Source: Lepidodermella squamata
Taxonomy: Eukaryota; Animalia; Gastrotricha
Length of the DNA stretch: 64,000 bases
Assembly: GCA_047495785.1 (NCBI GenBank)
Contig: JBLDXI010000003.1
Location: forward strand, 1,612,001 to 1,676,000
Direction: 5' to 3'
Shown here: positions 58,701 through 64,000 of the stretch, piece by piece
Position numbering within the stretch: position 1 is the first letter of the stretch
Layout: every line of letters begins with the position of its first letter
The notes under the pieces: model-generated
What the model was told of the DNA's origin: nothing
Databases searched by the model: none
Seen by the model: only the letters and a program-made list of their open reading frames with translations
Translations under genes and position numbers: made by a program

Positions 58701-61700
58701 TAATTTTTCTCTAACCTGTTATTGCGCTTATTTAAAAAATCAAAGAAACAACCAGAACTCGATCTGGGGCCATTAAGTCCATTGAAATCCACGAGTATTA
58801 CTTGCATGAAACAACGTATAGTAAGTTTACCTGAACCTCGATTTTTCGTATAATTTTTTCAAATAATCAACAACAACAACAAAATGCAAACACCCTGAAA
58901 CATGTTTTAATCAACACGCTTATTTAATTTTTCAGTGATTAATTAATCGAACGTAATATTTTTCGTTTAGTGCAACAGTAGAACCTTCTAGAAAAAATTC
59001 ACAATTATTTCATGTTGTGACCTGAGAAAAAAATGCTGAAATAATTCATCTGAAGTCTATCGCGCTGTGATTTTTTTTCGAATTTATTTCTAAATATTTG
59101 TTCGATTTTTTTCAGGCACGGAAAATTGGCAGACAATTGCTAGTGATTTGACCACGACCGAATACAGTTTATTCGACCTTGACCCGGCCGCTAATTACCA
59201 GTTCCGGGTCATTGCCTCGAACCGATTCGGCACCTCAGAGCCGTCGCCGATCGCCGCCTTAATCCGCGGTGGGGACGTGTCGCTGGTCGGTGGCGGCGAG
59301 CGTCAGTCGTTGCCGGAATTCAAAAGCGACAAAAACGTGGTGTATGGCGTTGAGGGTCGAACGGCGGTTATTTCGTTCGCCCTAACCGGCAACCCGGCGC
59401 CTAACTTCCAGTGGTACTTCAAAGAACAGCCGATCAAGGCGAATGAGAACCCGGAAAAGTACCGCGTTGATTACCTGGAAAATGTAGTCACCCTGCGTAT
59501 TGCCTTCGTTTGCGAGGACGATGTTGGCTACTACGGCTGCGGGGCTTGGAACGTCAAGGGCCGGGCTAATACCGGGGTCCGGCTGCAAATCGCTGACCCG
59601 CCTATGTTCTTGGAACCCCTGCGAGATTTGACCCTGACCCTGTACGGATCCGGGTCACTGGAGTGCCGTATCGATGGCAATCCTTACCCTGAGGTTCGCT
59701 GGTACAAAGACTGGAAACTAGTCCCAGCTTCGTCCCGTGTTAAAATCAAGCACTGGGAGCCTCATCTATGGACAATGAACCTTTCTAACAGCATCCACCG
59801 CGATTCAGGTCTCTACATTGTTGAGGCTGAGAACGTGGCCGGTAAAATCCACTGCGTGGCGAATCTTAAGGTGGAGGAAACACCGACCCAGCTGCTGAAC
59901 CTCGTTTTCCGACCTTCGAGTGTCGAGGATTACTACCATATTTTGGAGGAAATCGGGCGAGGCTCGTCTGCGGTTATCCGCCGTGTTATTGAGAAATCGA
60001 CGAATCACGAATTTGCGGCGAAATTCATTCGCATTTTTGATGAGAACTTGCGGGGTGCGTTGAAATCGGAGGTTGAGACGATTCGCTGGCTGCATCATCG
60101 CCACATTATGCATATCGAAGATGCCTTCGAAACTCGCAAATTCTTGGTCATTGTTTGCGAACTGTGAGTTGAAATTTCAAATTTTCGATTATATTATTCG
60201 GAAAGTGGATAATTTCAGAATTCAAGACTTTGATTTTAAGGTTGTACGACTTTTCAGCAGTGACATTTCAGCAAATGACGGTCAAATCATCAGTGACTTT
60301 TCATCAGTGACAAATGAACAGTGACATTTGAGCTGCGACATTTGCGCAGTGACAAATCATCAGTGACAAGTCAGCAGCGATTTTTGTTTATTTATAATAT
60401 ATTTTTTGAAATTTATTATTTTTATCTCAGTGACATTTGCGCAGTGACATTTCAGCGGAGACATTTCATCAGGAGAATTTTAGCCGTATTCAGCAGGGGG
60501 ACTATGCGCTACGTTAAAGTTGAGCTCAAAAAGTTCAAGTTCAATGCCCAGATAAATAAATAATAAATGATGAAGTGTCACTTGCTCATTTGTCACTGAT
60601 GAAAAGTCACTGCTCAAATGTCACTGATATTTTGTCGCTGCTCAAATGTCACTGCTCACTTGTCTACAAGAATTATTTAAATTAATACAGGGATTTGATT
60701 TTTATGGATTTTTTACTGACAAGGTGTCACTGATGAAAAGTCACTGCTCATTTGACCCTCATTTGCTGAAATGTCACTGCTGAAAAGTCTGACCACGTGA
60801 TTTTAAAAGTGGAATTTTTTGTAGGGAAAATTTTCAAAAAATTAAATAATTTAAAATGTATTTTTTTTAAATTTTGAAAAATTTGAAATTTGAAATTTGA
60901 AATTAATAATTTAAAAAAATTCATTTTTTATGAAATATTTTTTATTTTATCAATTTTCTCTTTTTTCAGTATTACTGGTGGCTTGATGTTCGAGAAAATT
61001 ATTTCCGACGATACTTTGACCGAGCGTGACGTTGCTTCATGGGTCAAACAACTGCTGACCGTCCTCGCTCACATTCACGAGCACAAAATCGTGTATCTCG
61101 ACCTTCAGCCTGAAAACATCCATCTCTGCTCGCCGAAGCACAGTGCCTACGTAAATGAGGTTAAACTGATCGATTTTGGCTGGGCGATGAAGATCGATCC
61201 GCACCACGAGACGATTTCTGCCCATTGCAACCCTGAATTCTCGGCGCCTGAGGTCGCTCGTGGCGAACCGGTATCAACCAGTGCTGATATTTGGTCACTC
61301 GGTGTCCTAACATACCTCATGTGAGCAATTAGAAAAATTGAAAAATATGAAAAAATTGGAAAGAAAATTTAAAAATTATTAAAATAAATTTTGATTTTTT
61401 TAGGCTAACCGGCGAATCGCCTGCCTGGGCTGGAAGCTATGAGGAGTCATTCAAGCGTCTGAAAAATGGCGAGTTGAAACTCGACAGTCCCGTGCTTCAA
61501 GAGCTGTCGCAGGAGGCGTGTGATTTCATCAACGAGTGCCTCCACATGGACCCAGCTAAGCGCCCGAGTGCAAATTGGCTACTCGACCACCCCTTCATCG
61601 GGTTTGCCGAGCGTCTGGGCAAAGGAACCCGCCTGAATGTGACCAAACTGAAAAATTACACCGATCGCCTACTCAAATCGGTGGGTTTCGAAACTTCAAA

Positions 61701-63424
61701 TTTCAAATTTTTTTCAAATTTTCAAATTTTTTTAGAAATCTGAGGGCAAACTGAATTTGACGGTCGAGCTTCAAAAACGTCGTGCCGCCTCGGCTGCTCC
61801 CAGTGAGAAATTCGTTGACGCCCGATCGCGCACCCCGAGCCCCGAACGGGCCGCTGGAGCTTCGTCTTCGACCGCCGTAGTCGCCTCTAGCGGCGCGGTT
61901 GATGCCGATTTCTGGGACGACTGGATGGACCAGTACGTCTGCGGAGCTGCTGAAGACGTCAAAGAAAAGCTCAAGCACTACTATTACCGCACAGGTTTGT
62001 TAATTTTGTTTGAAAAATCGAGGAATATATGAAAAATCGAAAAATTGTTGAAAAGATGAACAAGATAGAATTCCATCTTGATACTATTTGTCCAATTTCA
62101 GTTGAAGAATTGAACTGTGCAGGTAATAATTGCGTAGTTAAAGCTTCGCTACTTGCAATACTTCGCTCCGAGATGTTCAAAGGTAGTTGAATTTGAATAT
62201 AATGCCAGTTTTTAATATTTTAGCTGCTTATATTTATCTATTATCGATTTTGTTTACTTTCGATGAGATTTTCAGTAGTATCATTAGAACCCATTTCGTT
62301 ATATTGTCTTTATGAGACAGAAGTTTCTGAGCTATTCATTATTTTAGATTTTCTGGAATATTTCATAATTAATTTTTTGAATAATCAATTTCGTCTAAAT
62401 AACCGCCAATATAGAGGTTCCAGCACTGAAGTCAAGGGGATTTGACTTTTTCCTATTATGTGGGATTTTTTATTTTTTTAGCGATACTGAGGCCCCTAAG
62501 GCTACGGATTTTTATTTGATTTTCCTTCTTCCGGGTACTTCAATAAGTGAGACAATGTTGATTGCTGGCTGCCCAGACTTCCGATATTGAAAAAATCACT
62601 GATTTGTAAAATCGATACTTGAAATCGATATCGGCTGAGGAGAAATCGATAATGAGCGAAATATCAGTTGTTATCAGTTGGGCATGAAAATAATTTGAAT
62701 AGAGCCTAGCCATATTTTGCAAAAATCTCTTGCTGGTTTTAGCTTGGCCCATCCTAATTTTCAATTTCTAGATATATTCGAAATTTCATTTTCAATTATC
62801 TTTTAGTGGATCCGTGATTGTTCTGATTGGCTCTATCTTGCGAATGGGCTCTTATCATTTGTTTGTTTTTTGTCCGTTTTCTCAGGTCAAAAGCCGAATA
62901 TCACCGAGGGTCTGGGTAAAACCGGGGTCAAGGACCAAATGGAGGACGCTGATTGGCTGCAACTCGCCATCAACCTGCAAAACCGTCTCGGCCGGCGCGA
63001 AGCCGAGCGCCGCGCCGCCGACGGCAAGCAACCGGCCTTCAACGTGTGCATCAACGACGGCGGCTACGAGGTCGGCCGCAATTACGTGCTGATGGCCCGC
63101 GTCGAGGGCCGCCCCGCCCCGGTGGTCACGTGGTACCGTAACGACGAGGCGTTGCATGACGGCTATCGCGTCGCCACGTTTTCGTCGACAGAATCTGGCC
63201 ACGCTTGGCTGACCCTGCTCATGGCGAAGCCGCATGATGCTGCTGTGTATAAATGCGTGGCTAGGAATGCGTTTGGTATCGCCCGTTGCCGTAGTCGGGT
63301 GTCGGAGGGTGACGTGCCCGGGGCGCCGGGTCGTCCCGTTATCAGTGACATCTCGTCGACGGAGGCTTTCGTGCTCTGGGATGCGCCGAAAGAGACTGGA
63401 AATATCGGCAGCCGATACTATAAG
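31773..63424 (+). CDS. unc-89: Obscurin/UNC-89-family giant muscle protein kinase (Ig, SH3-DH-PH, FN3 array, CAMK/MLCK-type kinase); 3' end outside window
   Basis: Phase-consistent GT-AG exons: 31773-31876, 32069-32234, 32875-33102, 34848-35141, 35940-36146, 36372-36415, 36683-36832, 36885-37045, 37104-37464, 37821-38421, 38758-38973, 39316-39740, 39871-40260, 40488-41043, 42374-43003, 44094-45256, 46620-48501, 49835-50440, 50585-50765, 51211-52386, 56707-57583, 57726-57885, 57939-58256, 58456-58611, 59116-60163, 60970-61320, 61404-61680, 61736-61994, 62886-63424 (~13.5 kb coding). First in-frame ATG is 31787; the true start is uncertain. SH3-DH-PH plus Ig-kinase-linker-Ig-FN3 is the obscurin/UNC-89 signature. 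Confidence 0.82.
32550..32606 (+). repeat. Dispersed intronic repeat family A (other copies ~35694-35752 reverse, ~37663-37705, ~62581-62638)
   Basis: Shared core aaaatcactgat..gtaaaatcgata....aatcgatatcggct; the 37677 and 62596 copies share atcactgatttgtaaaatcgatacttg exactly. Confidence 0.6.
36683..38265 (+). other. Degenerate SH3 - RhoGEF(DH) - PH cassette of the giant gene
   Basis: SH3-like KGTVFSVRDGQSPRNWLISEV...FAPPALLVPV; DH CR1-like KKRNLVAEFFETEKEFIDEL; CR3-like IVNQMEYYVRSLQEL; PH-like GECVRRD...EVALFDGAIHIVSK...WMFTF...FLKEL. Confidence 0.65.
45783..45830 (+). repeat. Dispersed intronic repeat family B (other copies ~43206-43237, ~63888-63933)
   Basis: aaacccggaaaacc(c)cgatggtaact..ttcggt.attttcggtattt recurs. 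Confidence 0.6.
53013..53040 (+). repeat. (GGTTCAC)4 tandem repeat
   Basis: Four perfect 7-mers. Confidence 0.85.
53063..53512 (+). repeat. Direct duplication of ~160 bp (53063-53232 and 53358-53512)
   Basis: Both copies begin cacttacttataagcagtt, contain ttttaatttgggggtgggttgaggg..gctagataaacccttgattata and end gtttat.cctct. Confidence 0.85.
54509..55501 (+). CDS. Nested orphan gene, 312 aa, two exons (54509-54848, 54903-55501); helical protein with hydrophobic segment and Gly/Ala repeat
   Basis: A 54-nt intron 54849-54902 (GTAAGT...TTTCAG) removes the TGA between the two ORF-track pieces and keeps the frame (YQA-L-LSRLPQ). aaaATGg start context; AATAAA near 55778. Lies inside host intron 52387-56706. 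Confidence 0.75.
55361..55435 (+). repeat. 15-bp coding repeat x5 encoding (AAGAG)5
   Basis: Units differ only at third codon positions. Confidence 0.85.
59930..61600 (+). other. Protein kinase domain (first kinase of the obscurin-type pair), over three exons
   Basis: IGRGSSA, FAAKFI, alphaC SEV, YLDLQPEN, KLIDFG, PEFSAPE, DIWSLGVLTY, KRPSA...HPFI. Confidence 0.92.
60240..60797. mobile_element. Foldback/Mutator-like non-autonomous element inside the first kinase intron
   Basis: Long modular inverted arms built from cagtgaca(tt/aa)t subrepeats (left) and tgtcactg (right), flanked by the 9-bp direct repeat tgattttaa (60231-60239, 60798-60806). Confidence 0.72.
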
Positions 63425-64000
63425 GTAAAAAGCTTTAACAGAAATCTCTTGAAAAAACTGAATTTTTAAGGATTTATTTGTTAAGAAATTTGTTAAATTC
63501 ATTAAAATCAAATTTAATAAAAATATCAAACTTTTTTGAAATTAAATTTTGGAGTTATTAAAAATTGAAAAATTAGATTTCAATTAAATCTGAAATTTGT
63601 TGAAATATTTCGAAATTTTTTCATTGGACTCAGATTTTTCAATTTTGTTCGCAAACTAAGAAGTATAAAAGCTTCTTTCAGCTTTAGCTAATGCTTGGGA
63701 AAATGTTTGCTGAATTTCCCAAACATTTTGCTTAAAATTACATATACTTAAGTAGCGTTTGGAATTGTTGGAATTGTTAGGCCCGATTGCTTATTTATAA
63801 AAACTTTGAGGAAAAATGGAAAATTATGAGTAACGTCACTCATCTTTCGTCTTCAATTTCTCTCCACGATTCGAAATTCCCTCAAAAAAACCCGGAAAAC
63901 CCGATGGTAACTTTTTCGGTCATTTTCGGTATTTATTCACTTGAACTAACTTATCCGGATTTTTTCATATTTCTGTTGGAAATATTCATACTATTCTGTT

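Larger units (their letters stand above)
40160..59260 (+). other. Array of about 26 consecutive fibronectin type III domains
   Basis: Repeated L.W.P...Y.IE...W...L....Y.FRV.A.N..G.S.PS pattern counted across exons 39871 to 59116; one acidic linker (~42580-42835) and no intervening Ig domain. Confidence 0.8.

Noticed and set aside
60248-60789. Short repeats with spacers resembling a CRISPR array (also the ttttaccgc repeats near 19500-19930)
   Set aside because: Eukaryotic context, irregular spacing, inverted arrangement and no cas genes; these are transposon subterminal repeats.
31773-63424. Calling the giant gene twitchin/projectin or titin
   Set aside because: There is no Ig-FN3-FN3 super-repeat, and it has SH3-DH-PH plus kinase-linker-Ig-FN3, which fits obscurin/UNC-89.

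Overview
Animal (invertebrate) nuclear DNA with spliceosomal GT-AG introns; no prokaryotic features or CRISPR arrays. I cannot assign the species. The left ~30 kb holds fast-evolving tandem arrays. These are five intronless class C (GABA-B-like, Venus flytrap + 7TM) GPCR loci, one a pseudogene; three tRNA genes (Gln-CTG, Gly-GCC, Thr-CGT); and three spliced paralogs of a DxD glycosyltransferase-like type II membrane protein, each with a different C-terminal tail. MITE and LINE debris lies between them. Inside the GPCR array is a two-exon gene that the ORF track only half shows. It encodes a 114-aa prepropeptide: signal peptide, RQRR convertase site and a 27-aa mature peptide with two Cys. The right ~34 kb is one giant muscle gene of the obscurin/UNC-89 family. 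I traced 29 phase-consistent coding exons (~4,500 codons, running off the right edge) with the order Ig3 - degenerate SH3/DH/PH - Ig3 - about 26 uninterrupted FN3 - Ig2 - kinase - Ig - FN3. Its 4.3-kb intron carries a same-strand nested two-exon orphan gene encoding a helical protein with a hydrophobic segment and an (AAGAG)5 repeat. All exon models and family calls come from reading the sequence by eye and are untested.
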